A stretch of 64,000 nt of DNA, taken from contig JALGWI010000032.1 of NCBI GenBank assembly GCA_025774245.1, positions 226 through 64,225 on the forward strand. Direction: 5' to 3'. Position numbers and translations under genes: made by a program. Source of the stretch: a bacterium (GTDB taxonomy: Bacteria; Joyebacterota; Joyebacteria; Joyebacterales; Joyebacteraceae). The notes under the pieces were generated by a model that did not search any database, was not told the DNA's origin, and was given only the letters and a program-made list of their open reading frames with translations. This document shows positions 47,532-55,573 of this stretch, one piece after another (within the stretch, counting starts at the first letter, position 1; each line of letters opens with the position of its first letter).

Positions 47532-48596
47532 CTACCCTCCGCCGATGAGCCCCTTCTTCCTGAGCTCGGCCACGACGGTCCTGACGTCGCGCGCCCGGTC
47601 CTTCGGACAGACGAGGGTGACCCCGTCCGTGCGCGCCACGACCACGTCCCGCATCCCGATGACGGCCACGACGCCCTCCTCGGAGTAGACCACGCAGCCC
47701 TCCGAGTCGACGATCACCGAGCGGCCCTCGGCCACGTTCCCGTCCCCGTCCTCCTCCCAGATCCGCGCGAGCGCCGGCCAGGCTCCGACGTCGTCCCAGC
47801 CGATCTCGCACGGCACGACCGTCACGTGATCCGCCTTCTCCATCACGGCGTAGTCGACCGAGATGTCAGGGACTGTCTCGTAGTACTCCTCGATCTCCGC
47901 CTCGAAGCCGACCGTGCCGGGCACCTCCGTGACGCCGGCGAGCGCTTCCGCGACCGGAGCGAGGTGGCGGCCGATCTCCTCGAGGAACCGGTCGGCGCGC
48001 CAGATGAAGATCCCGCTGTTCCAGTAGTAGCCCCCGTCCAGGACGTAGCGCGCGGCCGTCTCCCGGTCGGGTTTCTCGACGAACCTGTCGACCTGCCGGA
48101 CGCCGTCGACGCCGGCCGGCCCGCCTGCCTTGATGTAGCCGTACTCGGTCTCCGGCCTCGTGGGACGTATCCCGAGCGTCACGAGCGCCCCCTCGGACTC
48201 GGCCTCCTCGAACGCGAGCGAGATCGCCCGCCGGAAGGCGTCGGCGTCGAGGATGACGTGGTCGGCCGGCAGAACGACCATGGCGGCGTCCGGGTCCGCC
48301 GCGAGCAGCACGCTGGCCGCCAGCGCGATCGCCGGCGCTGTGCTCTTCCCGACGGGCTCACCGATGATCCGCTCGGTCGGAACCGGCTCGAGCTCCTCGA
48401 GGATCTTCTCCCGGAGGGAAGCGCCGGTGAGGACGAGCGTGTCGTCGACCGAGACGAGCGGGGCGATCCGCGTGAGCGTCTCGGAGACGAGCGACGAGCG
48501 GCCGATGAGCTTCAACAGCTGTTTCGGCCGCTCCCGGGTGCTCATCGGCCAGAGCCTCTCGCCCCAGCCCCCGGCCAGAATTACAGCGTACCTCAT
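47532..48596 (-). CDS. Mannose-1-phosphate guanylyltransferase (nucleotidyltransferase domain only, no PMI cupin)
   Basis: 354 aa; AVILAGGWGERLWP (G-x-G-x-R-L), ...EKPD...GGYYWNSGIFIW.... Confidence 0.8.
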   Translation of the reverse strand: MRYAVILAGGWGERLWPMSTRERPKQLLKLIGRSSLVSETLTRIAPLVSVDDTLVLTGASLREKILEELEPVPTERIIGEPVGKSTAPAIALAASVLLAADPDAAMVVLPADHVILDADAFRRAISLAFEEAESEGALVTLGIRPTRPETEYGYIKAGGPAGVDGVRQVDRFVEKPDRETAARYVLDGGYYWNSGIFIWRADRFLEEIGRHLAPVAEALAGVTEVPGTVGFEAEIEEYYETVPDISVDYAVMEKADHVTVVPCEIGWDDVGAWPALARIWEEDGDGNVAEGRSVIVDSEGCVVYSEEGVVAVIGMRDVVVARTDGVTLVCPKDRARDVRTVVAELRKKGLIGGG

Positions 48597-48675
48597 GGGT
48601 CGGAAGCTCCTCTTGCGACCTCGCGCATCGCGCCCTACCCCGTCGTGCGTCGCCGAGCGGCGCGTCCCGGAGCGG

Positions 48676-49563
48676 TCAGTGCGACCGCGAGAGACAGAAG
48701 TCAGCGATCTCCCGCAGCATCCGGGTCTCGCCGTCCAGCCGGTCGAGCGCCTCGTGCGCCGTCCGGACGAATCCGGCGGCCGCGTCCTTCGCCGTCGCAC
48801 TTCCGTGAACCGTCACGAACGTGATCCTGCCGGCGTCCTTCCCCGTCTCCTTGCCGACGGTCTCGGGATCCCCCTCCGCGTCGAGGAGATCGTCGACGAT
48901 CTGGTAGGCGAGCCCGAGACATCGCGCGTAGTCCGAGAGCGGCTCGAGCCGGGCCTCGTCGGCGCCCAGGAGGATTGCACCGCCCCTCGCCGCGGCCACG
49001 AAGAGCGACGCGGTCTTCCTGCTCTGGATGTACTCCAGCGTCTCGGGATCGACGGCCGAGTCTCCGGCGACCTCGAGATCGACGTGCTGGCCGCCCACCA
49101 TGCCGCCGGCCCCGACGGCCGCGGAGAGTTCCCTGATCGCCTTCGCCAGCGCCCTCTGCCCGGACGCGACGTCGATGCCGTTCTCGACGACGAGCCCCAC
49201 GGCGTGCATCAGAAGATCGTGCGCCGCGAGAATCGCCGTCGCGACGTCGAACTGGCGGTGCGTCGAGGGCCGTCCCCGTCGGGTGGGTGCGTCGTCCATC
49301 GACGGGAGGTCGTCGAGGACGAGCGAGGAACAGTGCACGCACTCGACGGCGCAGGCGGCCTTCGTGACGAGATCCGGGTCGTGCCCGAGCGCCCCGGCGG
49401 CCGCGCGGACGATGATCGGCCGGAGCCTCTTGCCGCCCCCGAGGGTCGCGTACCTGATCGCCTCGTGGATGCGCCTGGGATGCACGTCGCTCGCGGGGAG
49501 GCAGCGGGCAAGCGCCTGCTCGACGATCGCCTTCTCCTCCTCGAGCACGTAGAGAACGTCCAA
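48676..49563 (-). CDS. Second trans-polyprenyl diphosphate synthase (IspA/GGPPS family) embedded in the polysaccharide locus
   Basis: FARM LVLDDLPSMDDAPTRRGRPSTH, SARM YQIVDDLLD; TTG start with AAGGAG upstream (start uncertain). Confidence 0.75.
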   Translation of the reverse strand: MDVLYVLEEEKAIVEQALARCLPASDVHPRRIHEAIRYATLGGGKRLRPIIVRAAAGALGHDPDLVTKAACAVECVHCSSLVLDDLPSMDDAPTRRGRPSTHRQFDVATAILAAHDLLMHAVGLVVENGIDVASGQRALAKAIRELSAAVGAGGMVGGQHVDLEVAGDSAVDPETLEYIQSRKTASLFVAAARGGAILLGADEARLEPLSDYARCLGLAYQIVDDLLDAEGDPETVGKETGKDAGRITFVTVHGSATAKDAAAGFVRTAHEALDRLDGETRMLREIADFCLSRSH

Positions 49564-49625
49564 GGACCCACGCTCCTTCTTCGACCTCGGGGCCGTCGTC
49601 AGCCCGCCGGGATTCGCCGGCGCCG

Positions 49626-50723
49626 CTAGAAGCCTCTCAGCAACGTGTAGTATATCGCCTCGGTGTGGAGCGTCACACCGTCCCAGTCGTAGGTCTCGAG
49701 GACGTGCCGCCTGGCGCGGTCGCCCATGGCGAGGCACCTGTCGGGCTCCGCGAGGAGCTTCCCGAGCTTCCCTGCGAGATCGTCGGGATCGCTCTGACGG
49801 AAGGTCATCCCGCAGTCGCCGATCACCTCGAGGTTCTCCGCGATGTCGCTCGTCAGGCAGCAGTTGCCGAAGCTCATGGCCTCGAGGAGCGCGATCGGAA
49901 GGCCCTCGATGTCGGAGGGCAGGACGAATATGCGGGCGTTCGAATAGAGCTCGTCGAGGAGGTCGCCGTAGACGTATCCGGTGAAGCGCACCTTGTCACC
50001 GCCCATGGCGTGCAGACTGTCGACGTATTCGCTCGAGAAGCTCGTCCCGCCGGCGATGATCAGCTCCGCGTCCGTGTCGAGCTTCTTGTACGCATCGAGG
50101 AGGTAGTGAGCGCCCTTCTCTGGCACGAGACGGCCCACGAAGAGTATGTAGCTCCCGGGCTCGATGCCCATCTCCCGGATCTTCTGCGCGTCCCGCACGT
50201 GCGGCAGGACCGTGCCGTTCGGGATGTAGGTGACGGTGACGTCGCGGCTCCTCTGGAAGTACTCGCGGAGCGCCTTCGAGACGGCGATCGTCCGGTTCGG
50301 GTAGTGCACGGCCGTGTACTCGCACCGCCTCAGGATCCAGGTCGCCACCGTCCCCCACTTCTCCCGCTGCCAGTCGAGACCGTGCACGGTCGCGACCGCC
50401 TTCATCCCCCTGAAGCGCGGGAGACTCGCGAAGAGAGACGGGCCGAGCGCGTGGAAGTGGACGATGTCGTAGTCGCGGGCCAGGATGTGCGGGATCGCGA
50501 AGCCGCAGTGCGTCGCCGTGTCGAGGTGCTTGGTCCGGACGCTCGGAACGTGAGCCAGCTTCACCCCCCGGTACTCCCCCCGCATCTTCGTGTAGTAGGG
50601 CCGGCAGTAGACCGTGACCTCGTGCCCCCGTTCGACGAGACGCGTCGCGAGCTCCTCGACGTGGCGCTCGATGCCGCCGTACGTGGCCGGGATCCCCTTC
50701 TGGCCGAGCATCGCTATCTTCAA
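49626..50723 (-). CDS. GT4-family glycosyltransferase
   Basis: 365 aa; TTG start overlapping the upstream TGA (TTGA) giving MKIAMLGQKG; C-terminal E-x7-E motif region (...VLPSDIEGLPIALLEAMSFG...). Confidence 0.8.
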   Translation of the reverse strand: MKIAMLGQKGIPATYGGIERHVEELATRLVERGHEVTVYCRPYYTKMRGEYRGVKLAHVPSVRTKHLDTATHCGFAIPHILARDYDIVHFHALGPSLFASLPRFRGMKAVATVHGLDWQREKWGTVATWILRRCEYTAVHYPNRTIAVSKALREYFQRSRDVTVTYIPNGTVLPHVRDAQKIREMGIEPGSYILFVGRLVPEKGAHYLLDAYKKLDTDAELIIAGGTSFSSEYVDSLHAMGGDKVRFTGYVYGDLLDELYSNARIFVLPSDIEGLPIALLEAMSFGNCCLTSDIAENLEVIGDCGMTFRQSDPDDLAGKLGKLLAEPDRCLAMGDRARRHVLETYDWDGVTLHTEAIYYTLLRGF

Positions 50724-51940
50724 TGGGTGACCCTCTCGTAAATGGCCATGATCTGCTCGAAGTGGCGGTCGGGTCCGTACTCCCGCTCGACACGAGCCCT
50801 CGCGGCCTTCCCCATGTCGACCGCGCGAGCGCGGTCGCCCCACAGCTCCTCGAGCCTTCCCGCGAGCGCGCCGTCGTCGCCCGGCGGGAAGAGCAGACCC
50901 GTCTCGCCGTCGACGACGAGCTCCGGGATGCCGCCGATCGAGGAACCCACGACGGGCTTGCCCATCGCGCATGCCTCGTAGACCGTCAGGGGCGAGTTCT
51001 CGTAGCACTCCGACGGCACGACGACGCACGTGGAGCCCGCGACTATCGACTTGAGCTCGTTGCCGTTCAGGTACCCGACGAACTCGACGTCCGCGAGACC
51101 CTGCTCCGCCGCGACCCTCGCGAGCTCGTCGGCGAGCGGTCCGTCACCGACGACCTTGAATGGGATCCCCCTGGCCCGCGCCAGCGCCTTCATGAGCGTC
51201 TCGAGTCCCTTCCCCGTGGAGAGGCGGCCGACGTAGACGGCGTACCCGTTGGAGACGTACGTCGGTTCGTACTCGTCGAGAGCGATCGAGTACGGAAGGT
51301 GGACGATCTGCTTCCTGTCGATGCCGTGTGCCACCATCCGTTCGAGTAGCTGCTGGCTCGGCGCTATGAAGAGATCGACGTTCCTGACGTACGTTCCCAT
51401 CACCTTGTGCAGGTAGGCCTCCAGGCAGACGAGCGCGCTGGGGGCCAGCGAGTCCCTCATGCAGCGGTGCACGCAGGCCCGGTAGTACCGCCAGTGCCCG
51501 CACCGCTCGCAGGTCTTCCCGTCGAGGAACATCTGATAGTTCGGACAGACGAGCTTGTAGTCGTGGAGCGTCTGAACGACCGGGACGCCCTTCGCCCGGA
51601 GTCCGGCGATGATCGACGGCGACAGCTGATGCGCAATGTTGTGAAGGTGCGCGACGTCGGGTCGCGTGCGGTCGACGAGCGCTTCGACCTTCTTCCTCGC
51701 CTCGACCGAGTAGAGCAGGCGCGCGGCGGCCCGGATCGCGTCGAGGGGCCCGCCGGCGCCGTCGAACGACTCGTGCGAGACGAAGAGGTCGGAGTGCTCC
51801 GACGGCTCGTTCTCCTCGTGCTCCATCGCGAACGGGACGGTCGCAACGCCACGCTCCTCGAGGATGCGACCCAGCTCGAAGAGGTAGCGCTCGGCTCCGC
51901 CCTTGACGAAGTAGTACTTGTTCGCGACGAGCACCTTCAT
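50720..51940 (-). CDS. GT4-family glycosyltransferase
   Basis: 406 aa; MKVLVANKYYFVKGGAERY..., C-terminal ...VVPSECYENSPLTVYEACAMGKPVV... (E-x7-E). Confidence 0.8.
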   Translation of the reverse strand: MKVLVANKYYFVKGGAERYLFELGRILEERGVATVPFAMEHEENEPSEHSDLFVSHESFDGAGGPLDAIRAAARLLYSVEARKKVEALVDRTRPDVAHLHNIAHQLSPSIIAGLRAKGVPVVQTLHDYKLVCPNYQMFLDGKTCERCGHWRYYRACVHRCMRDSLAPSALVCLEAYLHKVMGTYVRNVDLFIAPSQQLLERMVAHGIDRKQIVHLPYSIALDEYEPTYVSNGYAVYVGRLSTGKGLETLMKALARARGIPFKVVGDGPLADELARVAAEQGLADVEFVGYLNGNELKSIVAGSTCVVVPSECYENSPLTVYEACAMGKPVVGSSIGGIPELVVDGETGLLFPPGDDGALAGRLEELWGDRARAVDMGKAARARVEREYGPDRHFEQIMAIYERVTH

Positions 51941-51974
51941 CGATGGCTCCGCCCGTCCGTGGCCCAGGAGCTTG

Positions 51975-52955
51975 TCATCGGCTCACCTTTGTGTCAAGCC
52001 CGAGGAGCTTCGCGCCGGCGATCCAGGCGAACGGCCTGAGCGGCCTCCGCCGCATCGGCGGGGAGACCGTGCAGATCATCCAGCACTGATGCTGGCAGCT
52101 CGCGACCGCCTCGCGGACATCCGTCCGCGTTCGGCGCTGGATCTCCTCGAAACTCCCGTCCTTCACGTTCCCCATCTTCGTCCCCGAGATGTTGCAGGGG
52201 TGGACGCCGCCCCACGGATCGAGGAAGAAGAAGTCGGTCCCTGCCCTGCACGCCAGCCGGCGCGGCTTTCCGCGCACGTAGTCGGCGAGTCCCCTCATGT
52301 AGTAGGCCTTCGCCCAGTCGCGCGGGCGCTTCGACGCGAGCAGGTCGTCCATGACCCGGCCGATCTCGCCAACGGCCTCATCCGACTGCGGCCGCTCGGC
52401 GTCGTGCGCCCCGAAGAAGATCGGCGAGCTGTGCGCCGCGCTCGCGGCGAACTCGAGCCCGAGATCGCTCGCGAGGTCCCTCACGGCTTCGAGCTGCCCG
52501 GGGTTGCCCTCGGTCGACGTCGCGGCGAGCCCGAGGTCGGCAACGCCGGCCGCCTTGAGCCTCCGGGCCGTCTCGATGGCCTTCTCGTACGCTCCCGGCA
52601 CGCCGCGGATCTCGTCGTGGAGCGGCCCGGCCGCGTCGACCGAGATCCGCACCGCCACGTCGTCCATGCGGGAGATCATCTCCTCGATCCTGGACGGCAT
52701 GAACCCGTTCGTCGAGATCACGATCCGCGCGTCGGGACAGGCCTCCCGCATCACCGCGACGATCTCCACGAGATCGTCGCGCAGGAACGGCTCGCCCCCG
52801 CTGACGTTGATCGAGCGGAGCGAACGCGGGAGCCAGCGGTAGTCGGAAGGCGTCAGCTCCCTCTCCGTCTCCGCGTCCTTCCGCCAGATGTCGCACATGG
52901 CGCATCTGGCGTTGCAGCGGTACGTGACGGCAGCGACGCACCCGACCGGTCCCAT
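51975..52955 (-). CDS. Radical SAM enzyme (with Cys-rich C-terminal SPASM/twitch-like region) inside the glycosyltransferase operon
   Basis: 326 aa; CNARCAMC (CxxxCxxC) at residues 14-21, GGEP SAM-binding motif, C-terminal ...CRAG...HPCNISG...CQHQCWMIC; ATG overlaps the upstream GT4 TGA (ATGA). Confidence 0.75.
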   Translation of the reverse strand: MGPVGCVAAVTYRCNARCAMCDIWRKDAETERELTPSDYRWLPRSLRSINVSGGEPFLRDDLVEIVAVMREACPDARIVISTNGFMPSRIEEMISRMDDVAVRISVDAAGPLHDEIRGVPGAYEKAIETARRLKAAGVADLGLAATSTEGNPGQLEAVRDLASDLGLEFAASAAHSSPIFFGAHDAERPQSDEAVGEIGRVMDDLLASKRPRDWAKAYYMRGLADYVRGKPRRLACRAGTDFFFLDPWGGVHPCNISGTKMGNVKDGSFEEIQRRTRTDVREAVASCQHQCWMICTVSPPMRRRPLRPFAWIAGAKLLGLDTKVSR

Positions 52956-54175
52956 CAGGACCGGTCCTCGGGCGCCCGACCGTTGAACAGAGCGTTGTAG
53001 GCCTTGATGAGCTCCCTGCCCGTGTGCTCCCAGGAGAGCTCGCTCTCGATCCTCTCCCGGTTCCTCTTGCCCATCTCCTCCCGCAGCTCCTCGTCGTCGA
53101 GGAGCTGGACGATCCTCTCGCCGAACTCGATCTCGTCGTTCGGATTGGCGTAGAGCGCGCCGTCCTGCGCCGAGTAGCGGCTCTCCTTGAGGTCGAACGA
53201 GACCATCGCCTTTCCGAACGTCATGTACTCGAGGACCTTGTTCATCGTGGAGACGTCGTTCAGCGGATTCCTCGGATCGGGGCAGACGCAGAGGTCGGCC
53301 GTCGACAGGTAGCGCTCGACGTCCTCGTCGGAGATGCGCCCGGTCATCTCGACGTGATCCTTGAGGCCGAGGTCGTCCCTCAGAGCCTTGACCGCCTCGA
53401 ACGAATCGCCGCCGCCGATGAGCACGAAGTGGACGTTCTTCCTCTTCACGACGTCGATGACGTGTCGGGCGGCGCGCAGGAGGTAGTCGAGTCCGTCCTG
53501 GGGCGCCATGACCCCGAGGTAGCAGATGAGCGACTTCCTCCCTCGCTTGAGCTCCGGGACCGGCTCGACGGGACTGAGCCCGGAGAGCCTCGGCCCGCTC
53601 CGCACGACGAAGACCTTGTCGGCCGGGAACTTCCCGACCTCGATCGCGTGCTCCCTGTACGAGTTGTTCGTGGAGATGACCATGTCGGCCGACCGGTAGG
53701 TCGCCCACTCGAGGAGCCTCAGGAGCCAGAAGTTCCCCGCGGGTCGGCCGCCGAACCGCGACAGGTAGAGCTCGGGACAGAGATCGTGCTGGTCGTACAC
53801 GAACCTCGAGCGCCTGAGCACCTTGAAGATGAGGCCGATGAGGAAGAACGTGTCGGGCGGATTGCAGGCGTGGATCGCGTCGAAGCCCGTCTCCCTGCCC
53901 ACGCGGAACGCCAGGCCGAGGCTCTTGAACCAGCAGTACGGGAATTCCCAGGCGTACGACAGCTTCGTCGTGGTCGGCGGAGGCGGCTTGTACCGGTAGA
54001 TCCTGATCCCGTCGATCTCCTCGTACGGCTCCTGGTACGTGGTCGCGCCCTGCGGGCAGATCACGCTGACCTCGTACCCCGAGGCCTTGAGCGTCGTCGA
54101 CTCCAGCCAGACGCGCCTGTCGAACGGCACCGGCAGGTTCTCGACGATGATCAGGATTCTCTTCTTGTCTTCCAC
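52955..54175 (-). CDS. GT4-family glycosyltransferase
   Basis: 406 aa; MEDKKRILIIVENLPVP...; C-terminal ...VCPDPRNPLNDVSTMNKVLEYMTFGKAMV... retaining-GT motif. Confidence 0.8.
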   Translation of the reverse strand: MEDKKRILIIVENLPVPFDRRVWLESTTLKASGYEVSVICPQGATTYQEPYEEIDGIRIYRYKPPPPTTTKLSYAWEFPYCWFKSLGLAFRVGRETGFDAIHACNPPDTFFLIGLIFKVLRRSRFVYDQHDLCPELYLSRFGGRPAGNFWLLRLLEWATYRSADMVISTNNSYREHAIEVGKFPADKVFVVRSGPRLSGLSPVEPVPELKRGRKSLICYLGVMAPQDGLDYLLRAARHVIDVVKRKNVHFVLIGGGDSFEAVKALRDDLGLKDHVEMTGRISDEDVERYLSTADLCVCPDPRNPLNDVSTMNKVLEYMTFGKAMVSFDLKESRYSAQDGALYANPNDEIEFGERIVQLLDDEELREEMGKRNRERIESELSWEHTGRELIKAYNALFNGRAPEDRS

Positions 54176-54227
54176 GTGAGCCTCCTGCCGGCGACCGGGC
54201 GAGTCCCTCCGGCCGACGAAAGCCCCA

Positions 54228-55553
54228 CTACCACGAAAGCCCGACGTACTGGCCGTTCACGGCCGCGGGATCGTCCACGATGCGGACGAGGTCGATCAGG
54301 ATCTGGTCCGGGCGCATCTTGCCCGGCACGCCCTTGAATTCGTCGGCGGCGTTGGCAACGACCAGGACGTCGGACCGCTCGAGGACCTCGTCGATCGTGT
54401 CGGCCTTCAGCCGCTCCGCGTAGGGAAGCTCGTGCTCGAGGAACCCGAGATTGGACCCCAGGAGCGCCTCCCACGAGATGTTCCTGTCGTAGATCGAGAG
54501 TTCGTAGCCCTTCCCGATGAGCGTGCTCACCACCTGGATGATCGGGCTCTCGCGAAGGTCGTCGGTGCCGGCCTTGAAGCTCATCCCGAGCACCCCGACC
54601 TTCCTCTTCCCGGTCCGCCTGATGAGCTCGATCGCGCGATCGATCTGCAAGCGGTTCGACGGCATCGCCGCCCTCAAGACCGGCGTCTCGACGCCGGTCT
54701 CGTGGCTCATCCGCACGATCGCCCTCAGGTCCTTCGGGAGGCACGACCCGCCGAACGCGAACCCCGGCTTCAGGTAGTACGGCGACAGGTTGAGCTGCGT
54801 GTCGAGGCAGAAGATCCGCATGACCTCGTGGCTGTCCGGGACGCCGAGCGCCTGGCAGAGGTTGCCGATCTCGTTGGCGAAACACACCTTGATCGCGTGG
54901 AAGCAGTTGTCGGCGTACTTCACCATCTCCGCCGCCTTCATGTCGGTCCGCACGAGCGGCGCGTCGATCGGCTCGTAGAGAGCCGCGAGCACGTCGCCGG
55001 CCCTGCTGCCGCTCGCGAGCTCTCCGATGACGATCTTCGGCGGATGGTAGAAGTCCTGCACGGCCGAGGCCTCGCGAAGAAACTCCGGGTTGAAGCAGAC
55101 GCCGAACCTCTCGCCCGCCTTCTTCCCGGACTCCCGCTCGAGAATGGGCACGAGCTCCGTCTCGACCGTTCCGGGAGGTATCGTGCTCCGGAAGACGACC
55201 GTGTGGAACTCGTCCTTGCCCTTGATGACCTCGGCAATCTGCTTGCAGACGCGCCGCGTGTAGTCGAGGTTCGGGCGCCCGTCCTTCTGCGAGGGCGTTC
55301 CCACGCAGACGAGCGAAACCTCGGTCCGCATCACCGCGTCCTCGTAGTCCTCGGTCGCCGTGAGCCTCCCCTCCTCCACACTCCTCTTGATCAGCTCGTC
55401 GAGCCCGGGTTCCACGATCGGGCTCTCGCCCTTCCGGATGGGTTCGAGCTTCTTCGGGTTGACGTCGAGCCCGACGACACTGTGCCCCATCTCTGCGAGA
55501 CACGCCGAGGACACGCAACCGACATATCCGAGACCCAGTACGCTCACTCTCAT
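54228..55553 (-). CDS. GDP-mannose 6-dehydrogenase-like nucleotide-sugar dehydrogenase (AlgD/UGDH family)
   Basis: 441 aa; MRVSVLGLGYVGCVSSACLAEMGH (AlgD-like N-terminus), catalytic Cys FAFGGSCLPKD. The 5' 500 aa of the ORF is overprint of the neighbouring gene. Confidence 0.8.
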   Translation of the reverse strand: MRVSVLGLGYVGCVSSACLAEMGHSVVGLDVNPKKLEPIRKGESPIVEPGLDELIKRSVEEGRLTATEDYEDAVMRTEVSLVCVGTPSQKDGRPNLDYTRRVCKQIAEVIKGKDEFHTVVFRSTIPPGTVETELVPILERESGKKAGERFGVCFNPEFLREASAVQDFYHPPKIVIGELASGSRAGDVLAALYEPIDAPLVRTDMKAAEMVKYADNCFHAIKVCFANEIGNLCQALGVPDSHEVMRIFCLDTQLNLSPYYLKPGFAFGGSCLPKDLRAIVRMSHETGVETPVLRAAMPSNRLQIDRAIELIRRTGKRKVGVLGMSFKAGTDDLRESPIIQVVSTLIGKGYELSIYDRNISWEALLGSNLGFLEHELPYAERLKADTIDEVLERSDVLVVANAADEFKGVPGKMRPDQILIDLVRIVDDPAAVNGQYVGLSW

Positions 55554-55573
55554 GGCCGGAATCCAAGCTCCTC

